DNA of 64,000 bases from an uncultured Pelagibacteraceae bacterium (GTDB lineage Bacteria > Pseudomonadota > Alphaproteobacteria > Pelagibacterales > Pelagibacteraceae), in the NCBI GenBank assembly GCA_902518835.1, contig CABYHH010000001.1:44052-108051 (forward strand), read 5' to 3'. This document shows positions 11,295 through 22,209 of the stretch, piece after piece. The position numbers were made by a program, and so were the translations under genes. Position 1 is the first letter of the stretch; each line of letters starts with the position of its first letter. Below the pieces are notes generated by a model. The model was not told where the DNA came from. It made no database searches and saw only the letters and a program-made list of their open reading frames with translations.

Positions 11295-12062
11295 ATGAAA
11301 AGATTATTATTGATAGCATTATTTGCTTTTTTACCCTTCTCATTAAACGCAGACTCTAATTTAGATAAAATTTTATCATCTGGAGTATTAAAAGTTGGAA
11401 CTACTGGCGACTGGGATCCAATGACAGTTAAAGATCCTGCAACAAATAAGTATAAAGGCTTTGATATAGATGTAATGAATGAACTTGCCAAAGACATGGG
11501 TGTTAAGGTTGAGTTTGTACCAGCAGAGTGGAAAACGATTGTATCTGGAATAACATCAGCAAGATATGATATCTCGACTAGTGTTACAAAAACCCCAAAA
11601 AGAGCTGAAGTGGCTGGTTTCACGGATACATATTACAAATATGCTACTGTGCCACTTGTTCTAAAAAAGAACTTAAAAAAATTTCCAACTTGGGAATCTT
11701 TGAATAATTCAAAAGTAACTATTGCAACTACTCTTGGCACTTCTCAAGAAGAAAAGGCTAAAGAATTTTTTCCAAAATCAAAATTAAATTCGATCGAAGC
11801 ACCAGCAAGAGATTTCCAAGAAGTCTTGGCAGGTAGAGCTGATGGTAATATCACAAGTTCAACAGAGGCAAATAAGTTAGTTATTAAATACCCTCAGTTA
11901 GCAATCGTTCCAGATGGTGGAAAAAATCCAGCATTTTTAGCGATGATGGTTCCCAAGGGTGATAATAAATGGAACGAGTATGTGAATAGCTGGATCAAGA
12001 AGAAAAAATCATCTGGCTTCTTTACTAAATTGTTATCTAAATACAATCTAAAAAGCTTATAA
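11295..12062 (+). CDS. periplasmic solute-binding protein, family 3 (cyclohexadienyl dehydratase-like clade)
   Basis: Signal peptide [19 protein letters not shown]; [12 protein letters not shown] and GFDIDV motifs; ATG at 11295. Confidence 0.85.
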   Translation: MKRLLLIALFAFLPFSLNADSNLDKILSSGVLKVGTTGDWDPMTVKDPATNKYKGFDIDVMNELAKDMGVKVEFVPAEWKTIVSGITSARYDISTSVTKTPKRAEVAGFTDTYYKYATVPLVLKKNLKKFPTWESLNNSKVTIATTLGTSQEEKAKEFFPKSKLNSIEAPARDFQEVLAGRADGNITSSTEANKLVIKYPQLAIVPDGGKNPAFLAMMVPKGDNKWNEYVNSWIKKKKSSGFFTKLLSKYNLKSL

Positions 12063-12102
12063 TAGATTAGTATTTAGTTTTTTATTCTTTATAACTTAAT
12101 GA

Positions 12103-12834
12103 GTGAGAAATTTAGCTTTTTTACTTTTAATCCTTCCTTTAACCTCATGTGGGAAAAGTGAATTAAACTGGTTGATATTATCCCCTCAAAACGTTGAGGG
12201 ATTAACAAATTTAAAATTTCTTTTAAGTGGTTTAACTACCACTATATACATTTCGATAATTTCAATTGTTATATCAATATTGATTGGTCTTTTAATCGCC
12301 ATACCATCGCTTTCAAAAAATAAATTCTTAACTTATCTTAATATTGGTTATGTAGAAATTGTAAGAGCAATTCCTTTACTAGTTTTAATTTTATGGATTT
12401 ATTATGGGTTACCAATAATGACAGGAATTAGTTTTAGCCCATTTGTTTCAGGTATCATAGCCTTATCTATAAGCGAAAGTGCATTCCAAGCTGAGATTTT
12501 TAGAGCAGGAATAAACTCAATTAAAAAAGCTCAATGGGAAGCTGGAAGTTCTTTAGGTTTAGGTTTTTTTAGAAAATTAAGATTAGTAATCTTACCTCAG
12601 GCTGTGAAAAATATTTTACCAGCTATAGGCAACCAATTTGTTTACGTGCTTAAAATGTCATCACTTGTATCAATAATTGGTATTGGTGATTTGACAAGAA
12701 AAGCTAATGAGTTAGTCGTAACAACTTATAGACCATTAGAAATATATACATTTCTTATTCTAGAATATTTAATCTTAATATTGATTGTTTCTTATTTAGT
12801 AAGAAAGTTAGAAAAAAAATTACAAAAAGACTAA
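12103..12834 (+). CDS. polar amino acid ABC transporter permease (HisM/GlnP family)
   Basis: RAIPLLV, EAA-loop region AEIFRAGINSI...QWEAGSSLG, ILPQA; GTG start. Confidence 0.9.
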   Translation: MRNLAFLLLILPLTSCGKSELNWLILSPQNVEGLTNLKFLLSGLTTTIYISIISIVISILIGLLIAIPSLSKNKFLTYLNIGYVEIVRAIPLLVLILWIYYGLPIMTGISFSPFVSGIIALSISESAFQAEIFRAGINSIKKAQWEAGSSLGLGFFRKLRLVILPQAVKNILPAIGNQFVYVLKMSSLVSIIGIGDLTRKANELVVTTYRPLEIYTFLILEYLILILIVSYLVRKLEKKLQKD

Positions 12835-13310
12835 TTTTTACTTCTATAATCCCAAGGATACTCAAACGTCATTGACCACATACCTTTTTTATTTTTTTTT
12901 GCATAGTTCTCATCTTCAATAAATTTAGTTGAATATTTCCTGTAAGCAAAAGCAAACCCCTCTCTAACAAGATACTTAGATAAACTTTGATTATTTACAA
13001 AACATTCAGCTAAAATTCTCTTATATCGATCTACACTCTCGTTGACACATTTTACCTTATTATTACCTATCTTTTTAATAAGTAATTCTTTTGCCCATAT
13101 CCCACATTTAAGTACTTCGTTATTCTTTTTGCATACTTGTTTAATTTCAGGAGTATCAATGCCGCTAAAACGAATTTTTTTGCCATTTAAATGAATAGTA
13201 TCTCCGTCAACAACTTTTGCTTTGTTAGATTTAAGATCAAAAGAAGAGATTAAAAAAAATATTAGACAAATACTAATGAGTAAAAAGACCTTTATTTTGT
13301 TTGAAAACAT
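12831..13310 (-). CDS. thermonuclease (SNase-like) family protein with N-terminal membrane anchor or signal
   Basis: VVDGDTI, RFSGIDTPE and DRYKR catalytic motifs. Confidence 0.88.
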   Translation of the reverse strand: MFSNKIKVFLLISICLIFFLISSFDLKSNKAKVVDGDTIHLNGKKIRFSGIDTPEIKQVCKKNNEVLKCGIWAKELLIKKIGNNKVKCVNESVDRYKRILAECFVNNQSLSKYLVREGFAFAYRKYSTKFIEDENYAKKNKKGMWSMTFEYPWDYRSKN

Positions 13311-14643
13311 TGTTCAAAAAATACCCAATAAACATCAGAACTGCAATTCCCATAAACCAATTTGTTACTAATATTGTGTAAAAAATATCCTCATAATTTC
13401 CTCCTTTAATGTTGATTACATACCACAAACTTAAAAATGGAAGTGCTGTTAGCCGTAAAATACTTAAGTAAAGACTATATAATGGTCTTTTAACTGCTTG
13501 GAACACTGCAGTTGTTATAAAAAAAACAGGATAAATTGGACCAATCAGTGCAGCAATTTTTAGATATATTGTACCGTGTTTTATTGCCTCTGAATTATCA
13601 GTGAATAAAGAAACTAAAAACTCTGCACCCAAAAAAATTATTATTCCTGCACAAATCATAAAAGATGATCCAAAATAAAGAGCCTTTTTATATAGTTCTC
13701 TTAATCTATCAAAATTTTTTGCACCAAAATTTTGTCCTCCAATAGATAGGACTGCTGTATTTAGACCAATAACTGGAAGTAAAAAAACTTGCTCAATTCG
13801 TAAAGCAGCACCGTAACCAGCAGTAGCTAAATCACCAAATTTACCAATGAAGTAAAGAATATTAAATATACCTACGCCAATTAATAACATACTGAACATT
13901 ACTGGAATTGTCTGATACAGGAGTTCTCCTAGGAGGTTTAATTTAGGTATAAAACACTCAGGCTTAAGATATTGCTTTAATTCACAACAATAAACTTTGT
14001 AAGCTAAATACAGAAGGCCGATAAATTGTGACACTACAGTTGCAATGGCAAGTCCAGCTATACCAAAAGCTGGTACAAAACCATAACCAAAAATAAATAA
14101 TGGATTTAAAATAATGTTTAAAAAGAAACTAAAAATTAAAACATTTCTATAACTTTTTGTATCTCCTTGTGCGTTTAAAGTTCCATTTAATGAAATCTGA
14201 ATCAAAACTATTATTGTTCCATAAAAAATTACATCAAGATATTTTCTAGTTAAAATAATTCCTTCCTGGTCCGATCCCATTAAGGAAAGTAGAAAATCTG
14301 AAACATTTAAACCAAAAAAAGTTACTAGAATAGATAAAAAAATTGCAAATACAATTGACTGGGCAACAAATAATGACGCCTTCCTTTTATTCTTAGCACC
14401 TATATTATTTCCAATTAAAGTATTTGTTCCCGCAGTTAGACCAACACCTATAGCAATAATGGTAAAATAAATTGGAAAAGATTTTGCAATTGCTGCTATT
14501 GCTTCAGCAGATATTCTACCCGCAAACCAAGTATCTACTAAATTATAAAAAGTTTGAAATAATGAACCAACACTTGCTGGAATTGTTACCTTTCTCAGTA
14601 AAAACCATATTGGATCCTTAGTTAATTTGAAAGATTGTGACAA
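13273..14643 (-). CDS. MATE family efflux transporter
   Basis: Multiple TM segments; YNLVDTWFAG, AQGDTK, NIILNPLFIFG, GQNFGAK motifs; TTG start. Confidence 0.9.
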   Translation of the reverse strand: MSQSFKLTKDPIWFLLRKVTIPASVGSLFQTFYNLVDTWFAGRISAEAIAAIAKSFPIYFTIIAIGVGLTAGTNTLIGNNIGAKNKRKASLFVAQSIVFAIFLSILVTFFGLNVSDFLLSLMGSDQEGIILTRKYLDVIFYGTIIVLIQISLNGTLNAQGDTKSYRNVLIFSFFLNIILNPLFIFGYGFVPAFGIAGLAIATVVSQFIGLLYLAYKVYCCELKQYLKPECFIPKLNLLGELLYQTIPVMFSMLLIGVGIFNILYFIGKFGDLATAGYGAALRIEQVFLLPVIGLNTAVLSIGGQNFGAKNFDRLRELYKKALYFGSSFMICAGIIIFLGAEFLVSLFTDNSEAIKHGTIYLKIAALIGPIYPVFFITTAVFQAVKRPLYSLYLSILRLTALPFLSLWYVINIKGGNYEDIFYTILVTNWFMGIAVLMFIGYFLNNVFKQNKGLFTH

Positions 14644-14651
14644 ATAAATCC

Positions 14652-15560
14652 TTAATTAAATTCTTTTTGAAAATTATATTTTTTCCCTGATAACTTTGCC
14701 TTATATACCTGACTTTGTCTCATTCTAAAACGAGATTTTTGATTTTTTGAAAGTTTATGAAAACAATTAGGACAACTCACACCTTCCTCATATCTTCTAG
14801 ATTTTTTATCCTTAACTGAAATTGGTTGTCTGCATCCACCACAAATTGAATATGTTCCTTGTACTAATCCGTGCTTTAAACTTACTCTGTTGTCAAATAC
14901 AAAACATTCACCTTTCCATAAACTGTTTTTTTGTTTAATTTTTTTTAAATAATTTAAAATTCCACCCTTTAATTGATAAATATTTTTAAAACCTTTTTTT
15001 TCTAAATATACAGATGCTTTTTCACATCTAATTCCGCCAGTGCAAAACATAGCTATTGGCTTATCTTTTTTTAACTTTTTTAAATATTTTGGGAAATCTC
15101 TAAAGTTACCTATATCTGGATTTACCGATTTCTTAAAAGATCCAACTTTGTGTTCAAAAGGTTTTCTTGCATCTAGTAAGAGAGTTTTTTTATTTTTAAT
15201 TAATTTATTCCACTTTATTGGACTAATATGAGTGTTCTTTTTTTTGATTCTGTTTGACATTATAAGATCCATTGGAACAACTTCTTTTTTAATTTTTACT
15301 TTAGGTTTATGAAATGGTTTAAATTTACTCTTTGAATTACTGAAACTATCGAATTCTTTTATATTCAAAATTTTTTTTAATCGAATAATTGTAGTCTTAA
15401 TGTCTTTATATTTACCAGATACAGATCCATTTAAACCCTCTTTAGATATAATAATTGATCCATGTATATCTTTATCTACTAAGAGATTATTCAATATTAT
15501 TTGTTTTTTTTTTAAATAATTTATTTTTTGAAATTTATAAAAACCAAATATAATAAACAT
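14652..15560 (-). CDS. trhO: oxygen-dependent tRNA uridine(34) hydroxylase TrhO (rhodanese, UPF0176)
   Basis: MFCTGGIRCEKAS, YQLKGGIL, GECFVFDNR, C-terminal Cys cluster. Confidence 0.88.
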   Translation of the reverse strand: MFIIFGFYKFQKINYLKKKQIILNNLLVDKDIHGSIIISKEGLNGSVSGKYKDIKTTIIRLKKILNIKEFDSFSNSKSKFKPFHKPKVKIKKEVVPMDLIMSNRIKKKNTHISPIKWNKLIKNKKTLLLDARKPFEHKVGSFKKSVNPDIGNFRDFPKYLKKLKKDKPIAMFCTGGIRCEKASVYLEKKGFKNIYQLKGGILNYLKKIKQKNSLWKGECFVFDNRVSLKHGLVQGTYSICGGCRQPISVKDKKSRRYEEGVSCPNCFHKLSKNQKSRFRMRQSQVYKAKLSGKKYNFQKEFN

Positions 15561-16210
15561 TAAATCTTCCTACAAACAGTCATTCCATCACCAAATGGTA
15601 CCATGACTTTTTCAATTCTCTTATCTTTAGAGATAAAATTATTCAAATCTTTTATATTTTTAGTAAATTTATCATTGCTATCTTTATTAATAACTTCTCC
15701 ATGCCACAATACATTATCAATTATCACTAAACCTTCTTTATTTAATAGATCTAACGAAATCTCATAATATTTTTTATAATTCATTTTATCTGCATCAATA
15801 AAGACTAAATCAAACTTTTCATTTCTAATGCTCATCAAAGTTTCTAATGCTGGTTTAATTATAGTTTTAATTTTATGATCTTGATTAGCTTTTTTAAAAA
15901 ATTTTTGAGCAACTTTGTTTGTTTCCTCATTTTTATCTAATGCGATTATGCTACCTTCATCTGGTAATGCTAAAGCCATAGATAACGTACTTAAACCAGT
16001 AAAAGTTCCTATCTCTAGGACTTTTTTAATTTTAGAAACTTTAATAATTAAATGTAGAAATTGACACTGAGAAATAGATATTTGCATTCTTTTTGTATCA
16101 CCAAGTGATAAATTATAATCTATTATTCTTTTTTGAATTGGATGTAATTTCAGACCGTTCTTTAAAATATAATCTTGTAAATTTTTTGTGATATTAAGGT
16201 CTGAACCCAT
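15560..16210 (-). CDS. class I SAM-dependent O-methyltransferase (CCoAOMT/COMT/TrmR family)
   Basis: LEIGTFTGLS, FIDADK, IIDNVLWHG, GDGMT. Confidence 0.88.
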   Translation of the reverse strand: MGSDLNITKNLQDYILKNGLKLHPIQKRIIDYNLSLGDTKRMQISISQCQFLHLIIKVSKIKKVLEIGTFTGLSTLSMALALPDEGSIIALDKNEETNKVAQKFFKKANQDHKIKTIIKPALETLMSIRNEKFDLVFIDADKMNYKKYYEISLDLLNKEGLVIIDNVLWHGEVINKDSNDKFTKNIKDLNNFISKDKRIEKVMVPFGDGMTVCRKI

Positions 16211-16214
16211 AACC

Positions 16215-17690
16215 TTATAATTTTTTCTTTAGGATCTCATTGATTAATTGAGGATTAGCTTTTCCACCTGATGCTTTCATTGCTTGACCAACAAAAAAAC
16301 CAAAAAGTTTTTCTTTACCTTGTTTATATTCAATAGCTTTTTCTCTATTGTCATTAATTATTTTATCAATTAAAGCCTCTAAGGCTTTTGGGTCACTTTG
16401 TTGTTTTAATCCTTTTTCCTCAACAATTTTTTGTGGATCTTTATCTCCATCAATCATTAATTCAAAAACGGTTTTCGCTATTTTTCCTGAAATGGTTCCA
16501 TTTTTAATTAGATTAATCAATATAGCAAAGTTTTTAGCGCTCACTGGGCTTTGAGAAATTTCTAAACCTTTGCTATTTAAAACGGCAAATAGTTCACCAG
16601 TAATCCAATTGACTGCTAATTTAATATCTTTGTTTTTACCCATTTTTGTTACAACTTCTTCAAAGTATTTTGCAGTATCAATATCAGATACTAAAATATT
16701 GGCTTCATAAGAAGACAATTTAAACTCTTCAATAAATCTTTTCTTTTTATCATCTGGGAGTTCTGGAATATCATTTTTAAGCTCTTCAATAAATTTATCT
16801 GAAACCTCCAAAGGTAACAGATCAGGATCAGGAAAATATCTGTAATCATGAGCATCTTCTTTTGATCTCATTGACCTTGTTTCATTTTTCTTTGTATCAA
16901 AAAGTCTCGTTTCTTGATCAATAGTTTTGCCCTCTTCTATTAAATCAACTTGTCTATTAGCCTCATATTCTATTGCCATCTGCATAAATTTAATTGAATT
17001 AACGTTTTTAATTTCACATCGAGTGCCAAATTCTTTTGAGCCTTTTGGTCTTACAGAAACGTTCACATCGGCTCTAAGAGAACCTTCTTGCATATTTCCA
17101 TCACAAGTTCCTAGATACCTCATTATAGATCGTAATTTTTTGATGTAAGCATTAACCTCATCTGGAGATCTTAAATCAGGCTTGCTTACTATTTCCATTA
17201 AAGCTACCCCTGATCTATTTAAATCTACAAAGGTATTTTGTGGGTCAAGATCATGAATACTTTTTCCAGCATCTTGCTCTAAGTGTAATCTTTCTATACC
17301 AACTTCTTTTTGACCCTTAGGCATATCCAAAATAACCTTGCCCTCACCTACTATGGGATCTTTAAATTGTGAAATTTGATATCCTTGAGGTAAATCTGCG
17401 TAAAAATAATTTTTTCTATCAAATACTGATCGTTTATTAATTTTTGCATTAAGACCAATACCAGTTTTAATTGCTTGTTTAACACAATATTCATTTATTA
17501 CTGGTAACATTCCTGGAAATGCAGCATCAACTAAACTAACCTGTGTATTAGGCTCCGCTCCAAATTTAGTTGAAGAAGTAGAAAATAATTTTGACTCAGA
17601 TAAAACTTGAGCATGAACTTCTAAACCAATTACAACTTCATACTGATTGTCTCTTCGATTAATCAAGTATTCTGAATTTTTTTTACTCAT
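16215..17690 (-). CDS. gatB: Asp/Glu-tRNA amidotransferase subunit B
   Basis: [29 protein letters not shown]; ATG at 17690 overlaps the gatA stop (ATGA). Confidence 0.97.
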   Translation of the reverse strand: MSKKNSEYLINRRDNQYEVVIGLEVHAQVLSESKLFSTSSTKFGAEPNTQVSLVDAAFPGMLPVINEYCVKQAIKTGIGLNAKINKRSVFDRKNYFYADLPQGYQISQFKDPIVGEGKVILDMPKGQKEVGIERLHLEQDAGKSIHDLDPQNTFVDLNRSGVALMEIVSKPDLRSPDEVNAYIKKLRSIMRYLGTCDGNMQEGSLRADVNVSVRPKGSKEFGTRCEIKNVNSIKFMQMAIEYEANRQVDLIEEGKTIDQETRLFDTKKNETRSMRSKEDAHDYRYFPDPDLLPLEVSDKFIEELKNDIPELPDDKKKRFIEEFKLSSYEANILVSDIDTAKYFEEVVTKMGKNKDIKLAVNWITGELFAVLNSKGLEISQSPVSAKNFAILINLIKNGTISGKIAKTVFELMIDGDKDPQKIVEEKGLKQQSDPKALEALIDKIINDNREKAIEYKQGKEKLFGFFVGQAMKASGGKANPQLINEILKKKL

Positions 17691-19144
17691 TTTATCCACC
17701 AATCAGTAATCTTATTTTTAAAATTGATCTTTTCTTCCATAGCATAAGCTATATTTAGTATATTTTGTTCATCAAAAGCTTTGCCTATAATTTGTAAACC
17801 CAAAGGATAACCATTTGAGTCGTGTCCTGCAGGTATTGAGATGGCTGGAAGTCCAGCTAAGTTAACAGGAACGGTAAATATATCATTTAGATACATCGAG
17901 ACTGGGTCGTTTGTTTTTTCACCTATTTTGAATGCTGAGCTCGGTGTTGAAGGAGTTAAAATTGCATCGACTTTTTTATATACATTATCAAAATCATTTT
18001 TAATAAGTTTCCTCACTTTTTGAGCTTTAAGATAATATGCATCATAATAACCAGAAGACAAAACGTAAGTTCCAATCATAATTCTTCTTTGAACTTCAGC
18101 TCCAAAACCTTCTGATCTTGTTTTTTCATACATATCAATTAAATTTTCTCCTTTAGCTCTAAATCCATACTTAACACCGTCATATCTTGCTAAGTTTGAT
18201 GATGCCTCTGCTGGAGCAACGATATAATAGGTTGGTAAGGCATAACTTGTGTTTGGCAAAGAAATATCAATTGTTTCAGCACCACAATCTTTAATATAGT
18301 GAATGCCTTTTTGCCAAAGATCTTCAATTTCTTTTGGCATACCATCAACTCTATATTCTTTTGGTATTCCAATTTTTTTTCCTTTTATATTATTTGTAAG
18401 TTCTTTACTGAAATGATTTCTTTTAAAGTCTATTGAAGTAGAGTCTTTAGGATCGTAGGAACTAATCACTTCATGTAATAAAGCACAATCTTTAACATTT
18501 TGTGCCATAGGTCCTGCTTGATCCAATGATGAGGCAAAAGCAACTATCCCATATCTTGAACAACTTCCATAAGTAGGTTTTAATCCTACAATTCCAGTGA
18601 AAGAGGCTGGTTGTCTAATTGATCCACCAGTATCAGTACCAATAGTAATAGGAGTTAATTGTCCAGCTACTGCTGAAGCTGAACCACCAGATGATCCACC
18701 TGGAACTAAATTTTTATTAATAGGATTTTGTACATTACCAAAAAAACTTGTTTCATTTGATGAACCCATTGCAAACTCATCACAGTTTAACTTACCTAGA
18801 AGTATTGCACCTTCATTCCAGATATTTTCAGTTACGGTTGACTCATAAGTTGGTATAAAGTTATTCAAAATTTTGCTACCAGCAGTTGTTTTAATATTTT
18901 TTGTACAAAATAAATCCTTAACTGCCATTGGAATACCAGGCAGTTTTAAATCTAAATTAGGTTTTTGATCAAATTTTTTTGCTTTATCTATGGCTGATGT
19001 AAAATCATTTGTAATATAGGTGTTCAATTCTTCAGATTTTTCAGATCTATCAATAAATGCTTTGGTTACATCTGTTGAAGAAAGTTTTTTATTTTTTATA
19101 TTTTCAACTAATTCAGTAAGAGATTGTTTTGTTATATCTGACAT
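17687..19144 (-). CDS. gatA: Asp/Glu-tRNA amidotransferase subunit A
   Basis: Amidase signature [20 protein letters not shown]. Confidence 0.97.
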   Translation of the reverse strand: MSDITKQSLTELVENIKNKKLSSTDVTKAFIDRSEKSEELNTYITNDFTSAIDKAKKFDQKPNLDLKLPGIPMAVKDLFCTKNIKTTAGSKILNNFIPTYESTVTENIWNEGAILLGKLNCDEFAMGSSNETSFFGNVQNPINKNLVPGGSSGGSASAVAGQLTPITIGTDTGGSIRQPASFTGIVGLKPTYGSCSRYGIVAFASSLDQAGPMAQNVKDCALLHEVISSYDPKDSTSIDFKRNHFSKELTNNIKGKKIGIPKEYRVDGMPKEIEDLWQKGIHYIKDCGAETIDISLPNTSYALPTYYIVAPAEASSNLARYDGVKYGFRAKGENLIDMYEKTRSEGFGAEVQRRIMIGTYVLSSGYYDAYYLKAQKVRKLIKNDFDNVYKKVDAILTPSTPSSAFKIGEKTNDPVSMYLNDIFTVPVNLAGLPAISIPAGHDSNGYPLGLQIIGKAFDEQNILNIAYAMEEKINFKNKITDWWIK

Positions 19145-19431
19145 TATTCAATCACCTTGGGTACTACAAAATAATCCTCATTATCCTGAGGAGAATTTTT
19201 AATAATTTGTTTTCTTATATTTTTACTTTTTACTTCATCAGATCTTAATTTTAATGTTGTTTCAGAGATAGAAGTTAATGGTTCTACATTATCCGTTTTT
19301 AATTCATTAAGTTTTTCAATGAAATCAAAAATAGAATTTAAATCACCAGCCAATTTTTCAGCTCTTTGCTCATCAACTGAAATTCTTGCTAATTTTGATA
19401 TATGTTTTATTGTTTTAAGATCTATGCTCAT
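19144..19431 (-). CDS. gatC: Asp/Glu-tRNA amidotransferase subunit C
   Basis: KLARI...YFVVPKVIE; immediately upstream of gatA. Confidence 0.93.
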   Translation of the reverse strand: MSIDLKTIKHISKLARISVDEQRAEKLAGDLNSIFDFIEKLNELKTDNVEPLTSISETTLKLRSDEVKSKNIRKQIIKNSPQDNEDYFVVPKVIE

Positions 19432-19481
19432 ATGCTATTTAAATATGACGCAAAGTATCACTTAAGTTTAAAATATACAAT

Positions 19482-19937
19482 ATGATCACTTTAGAGGAAT
19501 TCAAAAAGAAACACTCAGATAAGTGTAGATTGATAGGTTTAGACCTAGGCTCTAAAAGAATTGGTGTGTCAATCTGTGATGAAAAACAACTAATAGCCAC
19601 TCCATTAAAAACAATAAATAGAAATTCACTTAAGGATCTTATTGATGAACTAAGATTAATTATTAATGAAAATAATATAAAAGGAATCATTGTTGGAAAT
19701 CCTTTAAATATGGATGGATCCTCAGGTAGGTCAGCTCAATCAGTAAAAGATACAACAGAAAATATTGAAAAAAACTTAGACATTCCAATTTGTCTGTGGG
19801 ATGAGAGACTTTCAACTGTTGGTGCTTTTAACCTATCTGGCCAATTAGATATAAATGTAAATAAAAGAGAAAAAAAGATCGATGAAAACGCCGCTGCTTT
19901 TATATTACAAGGAGCTTTAGATTTTTTAAATAATTAA
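19482..19937 (+). CDS. ruvX: YqgF/RuvX family nuclease (pre-16S rRNA processing)
   Basis: GLDLGSKRIGVS, WDERLST, IDENAAAFILQ; precedes pyrB. Confidence 0.92.
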   Translation: MITLEEFKKKHSDKCRLIGLDLGSKRIGVSICDEKQLIATPLKTINRNSLKDLIDELRLIINENNIKGIIVGNPLNMDGSSGRSAQSVKDTTENIEKNLDIPICLWDERLSTVGAFNLSGQLDINVNKREKKIDENAAAFILQGALDFLNN

Positions 19938-19979
19938 TACTTGCTATTATAGAGGTTTATAGCTATAGAGTTGGTTTTA

Positions 19980-20921
19980 ATGGCAATTCCAACAAACAAA
20001 GCTATTAAAATAACTCAAAAACATTTGTTAGGAATTCAAGATTTATCAATCAATGATGTTAACTTGATTTTAGATGAGGCAAATACATTTATAAAAGTCA
20101 ATCAAGGTAAAAATAAAAAAGTTGATGTTTTGAGGGGTAAAACTCAAATTAACTTATTTTTTGAACCATCAACAAGAACTCAAAGTTCCTTTGAATTAGC
20201 TGGTAAAAGACTTGGTGCAGATGTCATGTCTATGAACATAAGTAACTCAGCAATTAAAAAAGGCGAAACATTAATTGATACTGCCATGACTTTAAATGCA
20301 ATGCACCCAGATATAATAGTGATTAGACATCAAGACTCTGGAGCTTGTAATTTGCTTTCTCAAAAAGTTAATTGTGCTGTCTTGAATGCTGGCGATGGGA
20401 GGAGAGAACATCCTACTCAAGCTTTATTAGATGCACTAACAATTAAAACTCGTAAAAATAAAATTGAAGGTTTGAAAATTGCAATATGTGGAGACATACT
20501 TCATTCAAGAGTAGCTAGATCAAATATTTATTTACTAAATATGTTAGGAGCTGAAGTAAATATAGTTGCTCCAACAAATTTAACGCCAAGAGAAATTGAA
20601 AAATTTGGAGTTAATACTTTCACTAATATGAGAAAAGGATTGAAAGATTGCGATATAGTTATGATGTTAAGATTACAAAATGAGAGAATGACTAGTTCTT
20701 ATCTTTCATCAAATAGAGAATATTATGAATATTACGGATTAACAACTGATAAACTAGAATATGCTAAACCTGATGCATTAATTATGCATCCCGGTCCAAT
20801 GAATAGAGGTATAGAGATAGATACAATATTAGCTGACGATATAAACAAAAGTGTAATTAAAGAGCAAGTAGAACTTGGAGTGGCGGTTAGAATGGCATGT
20901 TTAAAAATATTTTGCAAATAA
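19980..20921 (+). CDS. pyrB: aspartate carbamoyltransferase catalytic subunit
   Basis: [21 protein letters not shown]; ATG at 19980. Confidence 0.96.
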   Translation: MAIPTNKAIKITQKHLLGIQDLSINDVNLILDEANTFIKVNQGKNKKVDVLRGKTQINLFFEPSTRTQSSFELAGKRLGADVMSMNISNSAIKKGETLIDTAMTLNAMHPDIIVIRHQDSGACNLLSQKVNCAVLNAGDGRREHPTQALLDALTIKTRKNKIEGLKIAICGDILHSRVARSNIYLLNMLGAEVNIVAPTNLTPREIEKFGVNTFTNMRKGLKDCDIVMMLRLQNERMTSSYLSSNREYYEYYGLTTDKLEYAKPDALIMHPGPMNRGIEIDTILADDINKSVIKEQVELGVAVRMACLKIFCK

Positions 20922-22208
20922 ATGAAAAAACAATATTTTATAAATGCAAACATAGTCGACCCTCATAACTCAATAAATGAGAAAGGAGGTTTAATTATAA
21001 GTGAAGATGGTAAGATTGAAGCTATTGGAAAAAAAGTTAACACAAACAATATACCAAGTAGAGAGAAACCAATTGATTTAAAAGAAAAATATATTTTTCC
21101 TGGTTTAGTTGATATGAGAGTATTCGTAGGCGAACCTGGTTACGAATATAAAGAAAATTTCAGAACTCTAAGTAATGCAGCCTTATCAGGAGGAGTTACT
21201 TCAGTTGTAACAATGCCGAATACAGATCCAGTAATAGATAATGTATCTATAGTAGATTTTTTGAAAAGAAGAGGAAGAGATAAGTCAAAAATTAATATAT
21301 TTCCATGTGCCTCTCTTACAAAAAACGTTGAAGGAAGGAACATGACAGAGTTTGGACTTTTACAAAGTAAAGGAATAATAGCTTTTACAGATGGTGTAAA
21401 AACAATTCAAAATCCAAGATTAATGTCACGAATAATGAACTCTGCTGGTGATCTTGGGTGTTTAATTATGCAACATGCAGAAGATTATGAGCTTGCAAAA
21501 AATGGAATGATAAATTCTGGAATAATTGCCTCTAAATTAGGGTTATCAGGCATACCAGAAATTGCCGAGAGAATTTCGATTGAAAGAGACCTAACATTAC
21601 TTGAAAAAGTAAAATGTAGATACCACATTTCACAATTATCATCACAGAAATCAGTTGAGGTAATAAAATATAGAAAAGAAATTGTTAAATTTACCTCAGG
21701 TGTTTCTATAAATAATCTATCTTTAAATGAAAATGATATCGGTGATTTTAAAACCTTTTTAAAACTGTCTCCTCCATTAAGAAGAGAGGAAGACAGATTA
21801 GCTCTGGTTCAAGGTTTAAAAGATGGTTTGATTGATGTAATTGTTTCAGATCATAAACCTGAAGATGAGGAGTCTAAAAGATTAACATTTGCACAAGCTG
21901 CTACAGGCGCTTCTGGTATAGAAACTTTATTATCATTGGCTTTAGAGCTATACCATAACGAGTCACTTAAACTTGAAACTATTATAAAAGCCCTCACCTC
22001 TAATCCAGCAAAAATATTAAAAATAGATAAAGGTAATTTATCTATTGGAAATGATGCTGACTTATGTATTGTTGATATTAATAAACCATGGATTGTAAAA
22101 AAAGATAAATTAGTCTCTAAGTCAAAAAATACTTCAATCGAAAACAAAAAACTTCAAGGAAAAGTAATAAATACATTTGTAAAAGGGAAAGAGTTATTTA
22201 GACTTTAA
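20922..22208 (+). CDS. pyrC: dihydroorotase-like protein (probable non-catalytic PyrC')
   Basis: Amidohydrolase fold motifs; the metal-binding HxH is replaced by RVF (DMRVFVGEPG). Confidence 0.85.
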   Translation: MKKQYFINANIVDPHNSINEKGGLIISEDGKIEAIGKKVNTNNIPSREKPIDLKEKYIFPGLVDMRVFVGEPGYEYKENFRTLSNAALSGGVTSVVTMPNTDPVIDNVSIVDFLKRRGRDKSKINIFPCASLTKNVEGRNMTEFGLLQSKGIIAFTDGVKTIQNPRLMSRIMNSAGDLGCLIMQHAEDYELAKNGMINSGIIASKLGLSGIPEIAERISIERDLTLLEKVKCRYHISQLSSQKSVEVIKYRKEIVKFTSGVSINNLSLNENDIGDFKTFLKLSPPLRREEDRLALVQGLKDGLIDVIVSDHKPEDEESKRLTFAQAATGASGIETLLSLALELYHNESLKLETIIKALTSNPAKILKIDKGNLSIGNDADLCIVDINKPWIVKKDKLVSKSKNTSIENKKLQGKVINTFVKGKELFRL

Positions 22209-22209
22209 T

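Noticed and set aside
6011-12834. sox cluster as an island integrated at tRNA-Ser
   Set aside because: The tRNA 3' end faces slt, not sox, and I saw no duplicated tRNA-Ser fragment.
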